DNA of 64,000 nt from an uncultured bacterium (GTDB taxonomy: Bacteria > UBP7 > UBA6624). The stretch is taken from assembly GCA_964012435.1 (NCBI GenBank), contig CAXGSM010000002.1, positions 634-64,633 of the forward strand, given 5' to 3'. Positions within the stretch are counted from its first letter, which is position 1, and each line of letters opens with the position of its first letter. Positions 1 through 9,828 of the stretch are shown piece after piece. Position numbers and translations under genes: made by a program. The notes under the pieces were generated by a model. The model worked only from the letters and a program-made list of their open reading frames with translations. It was not told where the DNA came from and did no database searches.

Positions 1-254
1 CCTGGATTAAGCTTTCTCCACACTTCTTCAAGTTCAAACTGTGTTAAGTCTTGCCCTCCCCAAAAATGAATAGAATCAACGCCACTCACTGAACGCCTAC
101 CAGAAAGAAATCTTGGCCGCTTTTCAGCATCAAGAAAAAAATCCCACTCATGATCTTTCCATCTTTCCAAAAGAGAAATTTTTCTTTCCTCTTCAGAATA
201 TCTATTCCAACCTGGGAATGGTGTTGGTAGATTTTTAATATCAAAATTTTTCAC
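1..254 (-). CDS. hypothetical protein, N-terminal part only (gene runs off window start)
   Basis: Minus-strand frame is open from GTG at 254..252 to the window edge. The GTG forms a GTGA overlap with the stop of the upstream epimerase gene. Translation starts VKNFDIKNLPTPFPGWNRYSEEERK. No family recognised. Not in the supplied ORF track. Confidence 0.35.
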   Translation of the reverse strand, partial: MKNFDIKNLPTPFPGWNRYSEEERKISLLERWKDHEWDFFLDAEKRPRFLSGRRSVSGVDSIHFWGGQDLTQFELEEVWRKLNP

Positions 255-1225
255 AATATTCTTCCCCTTGTCGAATAAATTGGATCTTTCCAGTTTTCAA
301 TCGAACGATTCTCTAGGCATGCTTTTATTTCTTTAATCCCGTCAAGAACCGAATACTCTGATTCATAACCCCAATTCTTTCTGATCTTCTCAAAAGAAAC
401 TTTATAACTTCTTGCATCTCTATCTACAGGATGAATATTTATATCAACATTCCTTATCTCCTCTCCAAGCAAATAAGCAATTTGCTTTACCTTCAAATTT
501 TGAACAGTTGATCCAACGTTAAAGATACCATTTACTTTTTCTTTATCAAGAGTTATAGCCATAAAAAATGCCTTGGCTGCATCTTTTACATCAAGAAGTG
601 GTCTCCATTGGTCTCCACCGAACAACATTACTTTTCCACTTTGAAAAGCATGGCATGTCAATAAATTAACAACAAGATCGCATCTTGTTCTACCTGAAGC
701 TCCAAATAAAGTACTTAACCTCAAGGCACATCCTCCCTTAAGAGACAAAACCTTGCTTTCAGAGTCAAGTTTGGTTCTTGCGTAAAGCGTTAAGGGATTT
801 GGTTTTGAGTCTTCATCCACCATTCCATCCTGGGCCCCATAAACAGAACATGAACTTGCGAAAGCAAGCCTGCTTATTTCAAACTCTTTACATATTTCAA
901 CTATATTTTTTGTAGATTCATAATTGTCTTTAGCACATTTTTTTGGATCAAGATCACAACTAGGATCACCGCTTGTGCCAGCAAGATGAATAATTGCATA
1001 AGAACCAATTGCACTTTTTTTTAGAAGTTCTAAATTTCCAACATCACCTTCGATTAAATCAATTTTGCTAAGATATTTTCTGATGCCGTAATTGCCATAA
1101 GACAAATCATCAAAAACAGTAACGGAAAAACCTTGTCTTAAAAGCAAAGGAACTAAAGAACTTCCTATATAGCCTGCGCCACCGGTAACAAGAACTTTTC
1201 TCAAACTTAAAAAGGACCCTCCCAA
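251..1225 (-). CDS. NAD-dependent epimerase/dehydratase (extended SDR family)
   Basis: N-terminal Rossmann motif VLVTGGAGYIGS and catalytic YxxxK (YARTK). About 320 aa. Sits in an operon with the Wzm/Wzt exporter. Confidence 0.8.
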   Translation of the reverse strand: MGGSFLSLRKVLVTGGAGYIGSSLVPLLLRQGFSVTVFDDLSYGNYGIRKYLSKIDLIEGDVGNLELLKKSAIGSYAIIHLAGTSGDPSCDLDPKKCAKDNYESTKNIVEICKEFEISRLAFASSCSVYGAQDGMVDEDSKPNPLTLYARTKLDSESKVLSLKGGCALRLSTLFGASGRTRCDLVVNLLTCHAFQSGKVMLFGGDQWRPLLDVKDAAKAFFMAITLDKEKVNGIFNVGSTVQNLKVKQIAYLLGEEIRNVDINIHPVDRDARSYKVSFEKIRKNWGYESEYSVLDGIKEIKACLENRSIENWKDPIYSTRGRIL

Positions 1226-2442
1226 GAACCTCCTGGGTCAATCAAGCCCATAGTCATCCTTTCTCCCCCGTCAAGAACGGTGAATCTATAGCCTTTCTCT
1301 CGTTGATCGCTAGGCTGCATTAAATTTCCCTCTTCAAAAACACCTACAGATAAAAAGAACTCTCTTCTCAAGAAAGGTAATTTTTGTATTCTGTATTTAT
1401 ACTTCCAAGGACCATCTCCAGGTATTGAAACTGTATGCAGTATAGGCCCTATTAAGGATTGTCCGTAGTCTCCATGAAACTGAATAGCTATAACCGCAGT
1501 GCTATCTTTGATTGGAGCTCTTGATCCAATTTCTATAATTAATTCCATTGGTTCTCCGTGTCTGAAAAGATGAGTTTCACTTCCTGTTGCATCTAAAAAT
1601 TTCACATTATCAATTGCAATAGGGCCGTCCCCCCATCTCTGAACCCCTTCTTTCGTTCTAGTTAAATCCCCACCAGAAACAGCTAACCTTTCCCTGTATC
1701 TGTCTAATATTTGATGCTTGTCTCCAAAACCTTCTATTTTCCCATCCTCCAACCATAATAATCTTTCTGAAAAATATCTAATTATGGTTAAGTTATGGCT
1801 TACAAAAACTATAGTTTTTCCTTCTGCTTTAAGTTCATTTAATTTTGTAAAACATTTTTGTTGAAAAGACAGATCGCCAACCCCTATAACCTCGTCCAAT
1901 AAAAAAACATCGGGATCAAGTGCTATAGCTATTGAAAAAGCTAAACGTAAAACCATACCCATTGAATATGTTTTTATTTGGGCATCAGCAAAATTTTTCA
2001 ATTCAGCAAATTCAAAAATAGATTCTTCTTTCAACTTTATGTCTTTACCGCTCATTCCCAACAAAGAGGCATTGAGATATATATTTTCTCTACCGGTTAA
2101 CTCTGGATGAAAACCAGCACCAAGCTCCAACAGACTTGCAACCTTTCCTCCAATTTGGATATGACCAGAATCAGACGCATAAATACCTGCCAAAAGTTTT
2201 AAAAATGTTGATTTTCCAGCTCCATTTCTGCCAATTAGACCAATAATTTCTCCTGACCTGATGCTCAAAGAAATATCATCAAGAACTTTGAAGGAAGTTT
2301 TTTTACCTTTTATTCCGGCTAGCTTATCTCGAAAACTTCTTTTTGCACCTTGTGAAAAAGTTTTAACAAGGTTTGAAACTTTTATTCCCCCTTGTTCTAT
2401 TTTTATTTTTTTTAGGCTAGACATCTCATACTTCCTCAGCAA
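1207..2442 (-). CDS. polysaccharide/O-antigen-type ABC exporter ATP-binding protein (Wzt/TagH-like) with C-terminal extension
   Basis: Walker A GRNGAGKST, signature-like YSMGM, Walker B VFLLDE. About 150 aa follow the ABC core, as in Wzt-type proteins. An alternative ATG at 2424 (MSSLKK) lies 1 nt after the permease stop. Confidence 0.8.
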   Translation of the reverse strand: MLRKYEMSSLKKIKIEQGGIKVSNLVKTFSQGAKRSFRDKLAGIKGKKTSFKVLDDISLSIRSGEIIGLIGRNGAGKSTFLKLLAGIYASDSGHIQIGGKVASLLELGAGFHPELTGRENIYLNASLLGMSGKDIKLKEESIFEFAELKNFADAQIKTYSMGMVLRLAFSIAIALDPDVFLLDEVIGVGDLSFQQKCFTKLNELKAEGKTIVFVSHNLTIIRYFSERLLWLEDGKIEGFGDKHQILDRYRERLAVSGGDLTRTKEGVQRWGDGPIAIDNVKFLDATGSETHLFRHGEPMELIIEIGSRAPIKDSTAVIAIQFHGDYGQSLIGPILHTVSIPGDGPWKYKYRIQKLPFLRREFFLSVGVFEEGNLMQPSDQREKGYRFTVLDGGERMTMGLIDPGGSWEGPF

Positions 2443-3256
2443 ATCTAGATTCGGATTTCATAAAAACACAATAACCCCAAGCCAACAACAATAAACCCAA
2501 GCCAAAAGCCATTGCAAGTGACATTAGATCAGGGCTAGATAGGTCTAAAAGAACATCTCTATATGATTTAATTACATGTGTCATTGGGTTAAGGTAATAA
2601 ATTTGATGGATGATTTCAGCACTTTTTTCATTCAAAAAATTCAGACTCTGAAACTTCTCTAATGTCGGAGGAGCATAAAGAACTGGAGTTCCGAAAAAAA
2701 GAACAGTCATAAATGTATTTGCAAGCTGCTCTGTATCCCTGTAAAAGACATTCATTGTAGACAAAAGCAAACCGACACCGAGTGTTATCATTAGATGCAA
2801 AAAAAGTATAACTGGCAAATACAAAATTGGCAAAAGCTCAAGAAAGGAACCATGATCTGGCCACCATTTGAGCAAACATGCCAAAATCAAAATCACTAAC
2901 ATCATCAAAAAATGAACTGCTTCAGCCAGAACAGAAGCTAAAGGCAAAACAATCCTTGGAAAAGCAACTTGCTTCAATAAACCTCCTGCTTGGACTATTG
3001 AAGGCGTTGATTTTGTGACCCCTCCAGAAAAGAAATTGAAAGCAAATAGGCCAATGATTAAAAGAAATGGATAGGTTGTCCCTCCCATTCCAAACTTATC
3101 AGTAAGCAAGACTCCAAAGACAGCATAGTAAACAAAAAACATTGTCAAAGGCTGCACAAGAGACCATAAAAAGCCCAAACCGGTATTTCTGTACCTAAGA
3201 CGAAGATCTCTAAGTATTAAATTTTTCAAAAGCTCAGTGTATTCAAAAATCTTCAT
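2426..3256 (-). CDS. ABC-2 type transporter permease (Wzm/TagG-like)
   Basis: 276 aa and polytopic (about 6 hydrophobic helices). N-terminal LRDLRLRYRNTGLGFLWSLVQP is typical of the ABC-2 family. Lies directly upstream of the Wzt-like ATPase. Confidence 0.8.
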   Translation of the reverse strand: MKIFEYTELLKNLILRDLRLRYRNTGLGFLWSLVQPLTMFFVYYAVFGVLLTDKFGMGGTTYPFLLIIGLFAFNFFSGGVTKSTPSIVQAGGLLKQVAFPRIVLPLASVLAEAVHFLMMLVILILACLLKWWPDHGSFLELLPILYLPVILFLHLMITLGVGLLLSTMNVFYRDTEQLANTFMTVLFFGTPVLYAPPTLEKFQSLNFLNEKSAEIIHQIYYLNPMTHVIKSYRDVLLDLSSPDLMSLAMAFGLGLLLLAWGYCVFMKSESRFAEEV

Positions 3257-3259
3257 AAG

Positions 3260-4102
3260 CTAAAAAACAACCTTTACGCCACCATCAGCCTTCCAGCTCA
3301 AATCACTAAAAACAAAAACATTCTTAGCATAGCTAGAAAAATCATCTGATTTTATCAGCAGTTCTCCTTCTGTTGCAGAAATGTTAAAAAAATCTTCAAA
3401 AATCTTAATTGAAGCATTTTTGGAAGATATCATTAAATCCTTAAAAGACAAATTAAATTCAGAAATTCTCAAAAAGGAATTCTCCTGATTGTCTATATAC
3501 ATAAAAAATTTATCCCCTCGAACATCAAGAATATTGTCTTTAAACACATAATCAAAGTACTCCAAGTCTGACGAGGAGATAACATCATGAAACTCATAGC
3601 TCCAATGATACACGGGAGCGTTTGATTGAAAAGAAAAATTTTCACCCTTTAAGCTTGGAGAACCATATAAAAAAACATTTGAATTTTCAATAATAATTTT
3701 TTCTGCATCTAATGCATAACTTAAATAATTTGCTTGTTCAAAAGGGCCCTTTAAGGTAATTTTTCCAAAATGATCGAAAGCTGCTGGGCCATTTGATTGA
3801 AAATCAAAAAAAGAAGCTTTTACATGGACGCCCTTACCCATTACCATGTTTGAATTTGAAAGTGTCCCTTGGGGAGCTGAAAAAAAATATTCATCTTCAT
3901 AAGAACCGTTTAAACCTTTAGAAAAATCAAAAAAACCTTTTCCATCAGATGAAACGTAACAGGATTGTGCCTTGAAGTTGTTTCCGATTATTTCAATCTG
4001 GCTATCATTTTTACATAACGCAACAAAAGAACCATTTGCTGCCATTGAGACATCACCATAACCTTTAATTAAAGTATCTAAAAATAAAAAAAAATAAATC
4101 AA
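3260..4102 (-). CDS. hypothetical protein (orphan in exporter operon)
   Basis: 280-aa ORF. Its TTG start forms a TTGA overlap with the coaD stop. Rich in F/S/N/D and ends in ...GGVKVVF. No family recognised. Confidence 0.5.
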   Translation of the reverse strand: MIYFFLFLDTLIKGYGDVSMAANGSFVALCKNDSQIEIIGNNFKAQSCYVSSDGKGFFDFSKGLNGSYEDEYFFSAPQGTLSNSNMVMGKGVHVKASFFDFQSNGPAAFDHFGKITLKGPFEQANYLSYALDAEKIIIENSNVFLYGSPSLKGENFSFQSNAPVYHWSYEFHDVISSSDLEYFDYVFKDNILDVRGDKFFMYIDNQENSFLRISEFNLSFKDLMISSKNASIKIFEDFFNISATEGELLIKSDDFSSYAKNVFVFSDLSWKADGGVKVVF

Positions 4103-4605
4103 TCTTTTTCTTGAATCCTTTTTTTGATATTGTCAAGAATGGAAGCAGGAACCTGTTCTGAAAAGTCTCCACCCAACAATGCAACCTCTTTGATAAGTCT
4201 AGAGGAAACAAATGACCATTTGGAATCTGCAACCATAAATATAGTTTCACATCCATGTAACAGCTGGCTATTCATCAAGCTCATTTGTAGCTCATATTCA
4301 TAATCACTAACAGCTCTCAAACCTCTGACTATTACATTAATTTTATTTTTTCTCATCCAGTCAGTAATCAAACCATCAACAACATGGACTTTAACCCTGT
4401 CAAAATCATCTTCTACAAGTTCCTCACAAGCGGAAGATACCATCATCTGTTTTCTTTCACCGGATGAGAACCAACATTTTTTTGCAGGATTCTTTGCAAT
4501 CAACACATGAACAACATCAAAACAAGAAAGACTTCTTTTTAAGATGTTTAAATGACCCCTTGTTACAGGGTCAAAAGTCCCGGAATACACTACCTCTTTA
4601 GACAT
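4099..4605 (-). CDS. coaD: phosphopantetheine adenylyltransferase
   Basis: YSGTFDPVTRGHLNIL (T/HxGH nucleotidyltransferase motif), VRGLRAVSDYEYELQM, SFVSSRLIKEV. 168 aa. Confidence 0.93.
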   Translation of the reverse strand: MSKEVVYSGTFDPVTRGHLNILKRSLSCFDVVHVLIAKNPAKKCWFSSGERKQMMVSSACEELVEDDFDRVKVHVVDGLITDWMRKNKINVIVRGLRAVSDYEYELQMSLMNSQLLHGCETIFMVADSKWSFVSSRLIKEVALLGGDFSEQVPASILDNIKKRIQEKD

Positions 4606-5161
4606 TTTTCAAATTAAAGAAATTCAAACTTTCATTTCCATGTTCTATTTTTTGCACTAGTTCTAAATTGTAAAGCTTAGGTAGTGATATTTTATTTGGC
4701 CATCTACATACAAGCGTTGTCTGTCTTTTAACAAGATTCTGACAAGACTTCAAAACTTCACTTCCTAAATCTAAATTCTTGAAAGGAGGGTCACAGCAAA
4801 TAAGATCAAAAGATGACTCAGATGTTTGTAATGAATGCGGCAACGAACCATACACCATGCTGTATCTACCTTGTGTTACTTTAAGATCTATTAAATTTTC
4901 ACGAATTACACGTAAGCTTCTAGCATCTTTTTCAAAAAAAACAACATGCTTGGCCCTGTTGCTAAGCATACTTATACCCCATATACCACTACCGGCAAAT
5001 AAATCAGCAACATTTTTTCCTTCAAGATCATTGAATTTATCAGATATTACCTGTCTCCACCTACCAGTCAAAGGTCTCAAATTGGATCTTTGGTAAAAAA
5101 ATACCTTTCTCGAATTTAGCTCTCCACCATGTATCTTTAAATATTTTTTAATTTTTCTCAT
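4598..5161 (-). CDS. rsmD: 16S rRNA (guanine966-N2)-methyltransferase RsmD family
   Basis: SAM motif DLFAGSGIWG and the DPPF motif (CCDPPF). 187 aa. Adjacent to coaD, a common pairing. Confidence 0.8.
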   Translation of the reverse strand: MRKIKKYLKIHGGELNSRKVFFYQRSNLRPLTGRWRQVISDKFNDLEGKNVADLFAGSGIWGISMLSNRAKHVVFFEKDARSLRVIRENLIDLKVTQGRYSMVYGSLPHSLQTSESSFDLICCDPPFKNLDLGSEVLKSCQNLVKRQTTLVCRWPNKISLPKLYNLELVQKIEHGNESLNFFNLKNV

Positions 5162-5171
5162 AATCTAATAG

Positions 5172-5177
5172 TATAAT
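5172..5177 (+). promoter_or_regulatory. candidate -10 box (TATAAT) for rpmB
   Basis: Perfect TATAAT lies 9 nt upstream of the rpmB ATG. No Shine-Dalgarno lies between them. The -35 region is weak. Confidence 0.3.
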
Positions 5178-5186
5178 TACCTCCTT

Positions 5187-5405
5187 ATGTCAAGAAAAGA
5201 TCAAATAACTGGAAAACAAGGGAAAAGTGGGAATATCGTAAGTCACTCACACAGGAAGTCTAAAAGAAGGTTCTCTATAAATTTAATTAAAAAAAGAGTT
5301 TGGGACGAAGAAAAGGGACATTATGTCACATTAAGAGTTTCAAACAAAACACTTAGAACAATTAAGAAGAAAGGCCTTTCTTCAACAGTAAAAGACAATA
5401 AATAA
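5187..5405 (+). CDS. rpmB: 50S ribosomal protein L28
   Basis: MSRKDQITGKQGKSGNIVSHSHRKSKRRF...LRVSNKTLRTIKKKG matches the L28 pattern. 72 aa. Confidence 0.92.
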   Translation: MSRKDQITGKQGKSGNIVSHSHRKSKRRFSINLIKKRVWDEEKGHYVTLRVSNKTLRTIKKKGLSSTVKDNK

Positions 5406-5414
5406 ATAATCTCT

Positions 5415-6947
5415 ATGGGCAAAAAGTTCAAACATATTGAAAAAAAAATTACCCTGGTGGGAACAATAAGGAAATACTCTAGACCTTTTTTCATAACAAC
5501 AGGTTTAATCTTTGTAGTTTCTATTTTTTGGAATTATGGTACAACATTTACAAAATCAACAAAAATTAGCGATGAAGCACTTCAGCAACAACTTGAAATT
5601 GCTCCATCTGTAGTTGACGGAGAGGCAATTGATGAAAACTCGGTAAGCCGACTTGTTGGCTTAAAAGTCCAACAATGGAGAGTACAAAACCCATCCTCAG
5701 CTCCAGGGATCATGGACATGATTCAATTCAGGGTAGAAAGCATGGATGAGATAATTGAAAGAAGGGTTTTCTTGAGCGAAGCAAAAATTCAAAAAATAAA
5801 AATCAAAGATAGCTCTATTTCAGAAAGAAAAGAAAGAGATCTGGAAAGCTTTTTCATAAACCAAGATGAAGAAGGTAATTTTTTTGAAAAATTTAAAAGC
5901 AGAAAAGAAGCAAAAAAGGCATTTTTCAACAGAATCTCCTCTTTAGGAATGTCTGAAACAGATTATCTAAATCTAATCGAAGAGGATTTAATGATTGAAG
6001 AAATTGAAGTTTCAATATCTATGACAGCACAATCTGATTCAGAAACATACAAAAAAGATATTGAAAACGTGATCCAAAACATGATAGACGAAGGCAAAAA
6101 CCTTACTGAGATATCACTTGAATTAAACAATGGAAGACCTGGCTTGAGGTCAATAGCGAGTAGATGGATAACAAGAGCTGAAGCAGAGTCCGCAATGATA
6201 CCTTTTGAAGAACTAAATCAGCAAAAAATAATTAAATATCAACTAGGCAATGAAACATTTTTTTCTATAGGTCTTGAATACAGAGAAGCTTCTGGTCAAG
6301 AATATGAAGAATTTGTCAAAACGCAAAAAAGCAAAAACAACAAAGAGTTAAACCTTGAGCAAATTGCTGTTGAAACAGATTATTCAAAAAATTATGAAGC
6401 CGTTAGGGTCCAAAGCATACAAGTTTCAGCACCATTAAATGAACTTTACAACGACATAAAAAACAAAATAACCTCTTCTCATGAAATTGTCGTAAATGAC
6501 AAAGTTTATTTAATCTACAGAGATTTGCTATTAGGTAATTACGATTCATCTGGCTCCAAAAGTTTAGAAAGCTCGCAAGAAGAAAATGCCAGGAATGAAT
6601 ATCTTGCATTATGCGCATGGAGCTTTTTGCTAAAAAGCAAAATGTCAGAATCAGAAAAAGACGAATCCTCTCTGCTTCAGTCTCAATCATGCTCATCAGA
6701 CCTTTTGAAACTAGCTCCTTTTGACCCTTACAACATCCTGCTGTTAGCAAGAATAGAGCTTGAAACCGGAAACAAGACAAAAGCGATTAAACTGATTGAA
6801 GAAGCAAAAGAGTTTCGTGGACAAAACTTAAACATATCCTTTCAAATATCTTCCCTTTTTAGAGAAGCTGGAAATGAGGAGATGGCTCTTTTGGAAGATG
6901 AAGAAAGAAATCAAATGATAGGGAACTTAAACAACAAACTATTTTGA
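5415..6947 (+). CDS. hypothetical membrane-anchored periplasmic protein (possibly PpiD/SurA-like chaperone, TPR-like C-terminus)
   Basis: N-terminal single TM (FFITTGLIFVVSIFW), then a long acidic/helical region. The C-terminus is helical-repeat-like. The functional guess rests only on architecture. Confidence 0.45.
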   Translation: MGKKFKHIEKKITLVGTIRKYSRPFFITTGLIFVVSIFWNYGTTFTKSTKISDEALQQQLEIAPSVVDGEAIDENSVSRLVGLKVQQWRVQNPSSAPGIMDMIQFRVESMDEIIERRVFLSEAKIQKIKIKDSSISERKERDLESFFINQDEEGNFFEKFKSRKEAKKAFFNRISSLGMSETDYLNLIEEDLMIEEIEVSISMTAQSDSETYKKDIENVIQNMIDEGKNLTEISLELNNGRPGLRSIASRWITRAEAESAMIPFEELNQQKIIKYQLGNETFFSIGLEYREASGQEYEEFVKTQKSKNNKELNLEQIAVETDYSKNYEAVRVQSIQVSAPLNELYNDIKNKITSSHEIVVNDKVYLIYRDLLLGNYDSSGSKSLESSQEENARNEYLALCAWSFLLKSKMSESEKDESSLLQSQSCSSDLLKLAPFDPYNILLLARIELETGNKTKAIKLIEEAKEFRGQNLNISFQISSLFREAGNEEMALLEDEERNQMIGNLNNKLF

Positions 6948-8227
6948 ACAAGAAATATCACATACGAACATTCGGTTGTCAAATGAATACAGCTGATTCA
7001 GATTCAATTGCAGGAATGCTTGATAGTTTTGGACTTGAAAAGTCAACAGAAGAAAAAGCAGATATAGTTCTTTATAACACTTGTGCAGTTAGAGAAAAAG
7101 CTGAACAAAGAATGAGGTCTGAGCTTGGTAGCGTCAGGATACGAAAAGAAAAAAATCCTGAAGTAAAAATAGGCATACTTGGCTGTGCTGCTGAAAGCTT
7201 GAAGGAAAAATTAGAAAAAGAAGCATGGATTGATATTGTGCAAGATGGTAAAGATCTTGAAAAAATGAAAGAAGCAGTGATGCAAATTCTTCCAGACGAA
7301 TATGAACCTACTCAGGATTCTTTTGGCCTACATAGAGGTGGTGAAAATTCAGGAATGATACCTGTCATAAGGGGATGCTCCTACATGTGCTCTTATTGCA
7401 TTGTTCCTAGAACAAGAGGTCTACAAAGATCTATACCTTTAGAGGAGATACTAAAAGATGTAGAGCTGTCTATCGAGAAAGGCTCAAAAGAAATATATCT
7501 ATTAGGTCAAAACTTCCTTTCGTATGGTAGAGATCTCTCAAAAAAAATATCTCCGGAGGAAATGATATCGACTGTGCATGACTCATTTCCCGAACTTAAA
7601 AGAATAAGATTCCTAACAAGTCATCCTCACGACCTAACAAAGAATTTTCTACAAACAATGACCTCGCTTCCACGTGTTGCAAAATATCTTCATTTACCAT
7701 TTCAATCTGGAAGTGATACTGTTCTTAAAGCCATGAGGAGAATAACAACAAGGAGAACTGTTATTGAAAAGTCACAATGGGTAAGAGATATATGGAAGGA
7801 TGCAACCCTCTCTACGGATATCATTGTTGGCTTTCCAACTGAAACTAAAAAAGATCACGAAGAAACAATCTCTTTGTTGGAGGAGGTTCAGTATGATTTT
7901 GCATACTCTTTCCTCTACTCGCCAAGACCTCAAACTAAAGCATTTCCATTAGGCGATCCAATACCTCATAAAGAAAAAGTTGAAAGGCTTTCAGAAGTGA
8001 CAAAAGTTTTAAACTCAATTTGGTTTGAAAAAAATAAAAAATATCTAGGTAAAACAGTTGAAGTTTTAGCAGAAAGCAAAGAAGGAAAATCTAAAAACAG
8101 ATGGACTGGCAGGTCGGAAGGCTTTCATCTTGTTCACTTTGATTCAGACACAAATCCAATAGGCAAGTATGTCAAAGTAAAAATTACAAAAACAGGATCA
8201 ACATTTCTTGGAGGAGAGCTTGTTTAA
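6944..8227 (+). CDS. miaB: tRNA-2-methylthio-N6-dimethylallyladenosine synthase (radical SAM methylthiotransferase)
   Basis: UPF0004 motif IRTFGCQMNTADSD, radical SAM CxxxCxxC (GCSYMCSYCIVP), C-terminal TRAM-like domain. The TTG start is forced because the next ATG lies inside the FGCQMN motif. Confidence 0.9.
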   Translation: MNKKYHIRTFGCQMNTADSDSIAGMLDSFGLEKSTEEKADIVLYNTCAVREKAEQRMRSELGSVRIRKEKNPEVKIGILGCAAESLKEKLEKEAWIDIVQDGKDLEKMKEAVMQILPDEYEPTQDSFGLHRGGENSGMIPVIRGCSYMCSYCIVPRTRGLQRSIPLEEILKDVELSIEKGSKEIYLLGQNFLSYGRDLSKKISPEEMISTVHDSFPELKRIRFLTSHPHDLTKNFLQTMTSLPRVAKYLHLPFQSGSDTVLKAMRRITTRRTVIEKSQWVRDIWKDATLSTDIIVGFPTETKKDHEETISLLEEVQYDFAYSFLYSPRPQTKAFPLGDPIPHKEKVERLSEVTKVLNSIWFEKNKKYLGKTVEVLAESKEGKSKNRWTGRSEGFHLVHFDSDTNPIGKYVKVKITKTGSTFLGGELV

Positions 8228-9557
8228 AATTTTTATTCTCTTGCTGCTTCCAATTCAGCTACAAGAGGCGCTTCAGCTACACCCTTCCGTTATCACTGCA
8301 AAAAAAAATGTTGAATTATCAGAGCTAAATTTCGCACAATCCGAATATCAAACATTTTCCCCCCTACTCTCAACAAGTGGATCTCATAACAATAATGAAA
8401 GTAGTGTCAATTTTGACACAAGCAAATCAAGCAATTTGAATGCTTCAATTTCATGGCTTACAAGAAGAGGATATTCACTTAGTCTTTCATTACGTAATGG
8501 GGAATCCATATACAACAGTTCAATAGGTGGAATAACTGACAACTATTCACTTTCCTCAGGCTTTTCACTTAGCTATCCTCTTTTTTCTGAAAAAAGAAAA
8601 TCAAGATTAAGCAGCACAGACATATCAGCATTCAACACCTTGAAAACCCATATAGACTACCAAGCGACCTTGAACCAATCAGCATATGATGTGATTTCAA
8701 GATTTTGGGATTGTTTAATTCTTGAAGAAAACCTAACCTTGACAAAACTGTCATTAGAAGAAAGCCAACAGCAGCAATCTCAAATAGAAGCAAGAATAAA
8801 AACTGGCACACTTGCTGAAAGCGAAATCTATAGTTACATCAACAGGACACTTCAACAAGAAGCTTCAGTGATTGATGCAGAAATAAGGCTACAGGAATGC
8901 AATGAGCAAGCAAACCTTCTTTTTGGTAGAGAAGTCCCCAGGGAATGGTTTGAATTGGTCAAATCAATTGATTTTCAAGAAGATACTTCATATCCTGAAA
9001 AAGCATACAAGACAACAGATGTTGAAAAAAGCGAGATTGATCTAAGCATTGGACAAATCAGTCTGCAAAATTCATACTCTCAAGATATGGCTGATTTTGA
9101 TCTTTCCATGAGTTATGGTTTGAATGCTAACTCAACAACTCAGACAAGCTTCAGCGATCTGGAAAATCCGAACTGGAGTGTTGGGCTAACCTGGTCAAAA
9201 AGACTGGGAAACAAAAATTACAACCAAAAAGAATCAGAGATAAATTTTGAGAATCTCAATCTCTTTCTGGAGAGAACAATGGATAATGCACTTCTTACAG
9301 AAAGAAGCCTGGTTAACCAGATCATCTCTATAGAAAAGCTCGTTACAGCTTCTGAATCAGGAGTGCAAGCTGCACAAAAAGCTTACGAAGGAACAAAAGC
9401 AAGATGGGAAGTTGGACTGACAACAAACCTTGAACTATTCACCTTGGAAAATTCATTAATGTCTGCAAAGATGTCTTTACTCACAACGAAAAAAAACCTC
9501 TTACTGGCAAAAGCAAATCTTGCAAGATTTAGAGGAAATATTATTTCAAAAAATTAG
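8208..9557 (+). CDS. TolC-family outer membrane efflux protein
   Basis: About 450 aa with a hydrophobic N-terminus. It has the two-fold repeated helical/coiled organisation typical of the OEP family. No adjacent pump genes. Confidence 0.65.
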   Translation: MEESLFKIFILLLLPIQLQEALQLHPSVITAKKNVELSELNFAQSEYQTFSPLLSTSGSHNNNESSVNFDTSKSSNLNASISWLTRRGYSLSLSLRNGESIYNSSIGGITDNYSLSSGFSLSYPLFSEKRKSRLSSTDISAFNTLKTHIDYQATLNQSAYDVISRFWDCLILEENLTLTKLSLEESQQQQSQIEARIKTGTLAESEIYSYINRTLQQEASVIDAEIRLQECNEQANLLFGREVPREWFELVKSIDFQEDTSYPEKAYKTTDVEKSEIDLSIGQISLQNSYSQDMADFDLSMSYGLNANSTTQTSFSDLENPNWSVGLTWSKRLGNKNYNQKESEINFENLNLFLERTMDNALLTERSLVNQIISIEKLVTASESGVQAAQKAYEGTKARWEVGLTTNLELFTLENSLMSAKMSLLTTKKNLLLAKANLARFRGNIISKN

Positions 9558-9828
9558 CTGGCAAATTTTTCTCGCCATAAATCCATCTGCCTCTCACAAG
9601 AACTTCAGAGATATAGGAATTTGAAACCCTGGTTGCATCAATTAAGAAAACATGCTTACTTTCAAAAATGCCTTTTTCGAATTGTTTTGTGAAATTGCTC
9701 AAGTCCTTAAATTCAATCCATTGATCTGAAAAAAGAATTACAGACAAAAGAGAGTCATTTTCCTCTATTAGATAAGCTGCTTCAACACAAGACCCATCAA
9801 AGATTCCTTTCGCAATTTTTTCAATCAT
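9541..9828 (-). CDS. hypothetical small protein
   Basis: 95-aa ORF with an ATGA overlap onto the mgtE stop (translationally coupled). No family recognised. Confidence 0.45.
   Translation of the reverse strand: MIEKIAKGIFDGSCVEAAYLIEENDSLLSVILFSDQWIEFKDLSNFTKQFEKGIFESKHVFLIDATRVSNSYISEVLVRGRWIYGEKNLPANFLK

Noticed and set aside
2261-2494. Antisense or shadow ORFs in the track. Examples are 2261-2494, 4065-4256, 4779-5096, 6403-6780, 13037-13387, 13888-14262, 20265-20678, 28067-28441, 38551-38976, 50192-50529 and 58202-58600.
   Set aside because: Each lies wholly inside a well-supported gene on the other strand or in another frame. They have low-complexity, Leu/Phe/Ser-rich translations and no RBS or family resemblance. 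Long shadow frames are expected in AT-rich genomes with few antisense stop codons.
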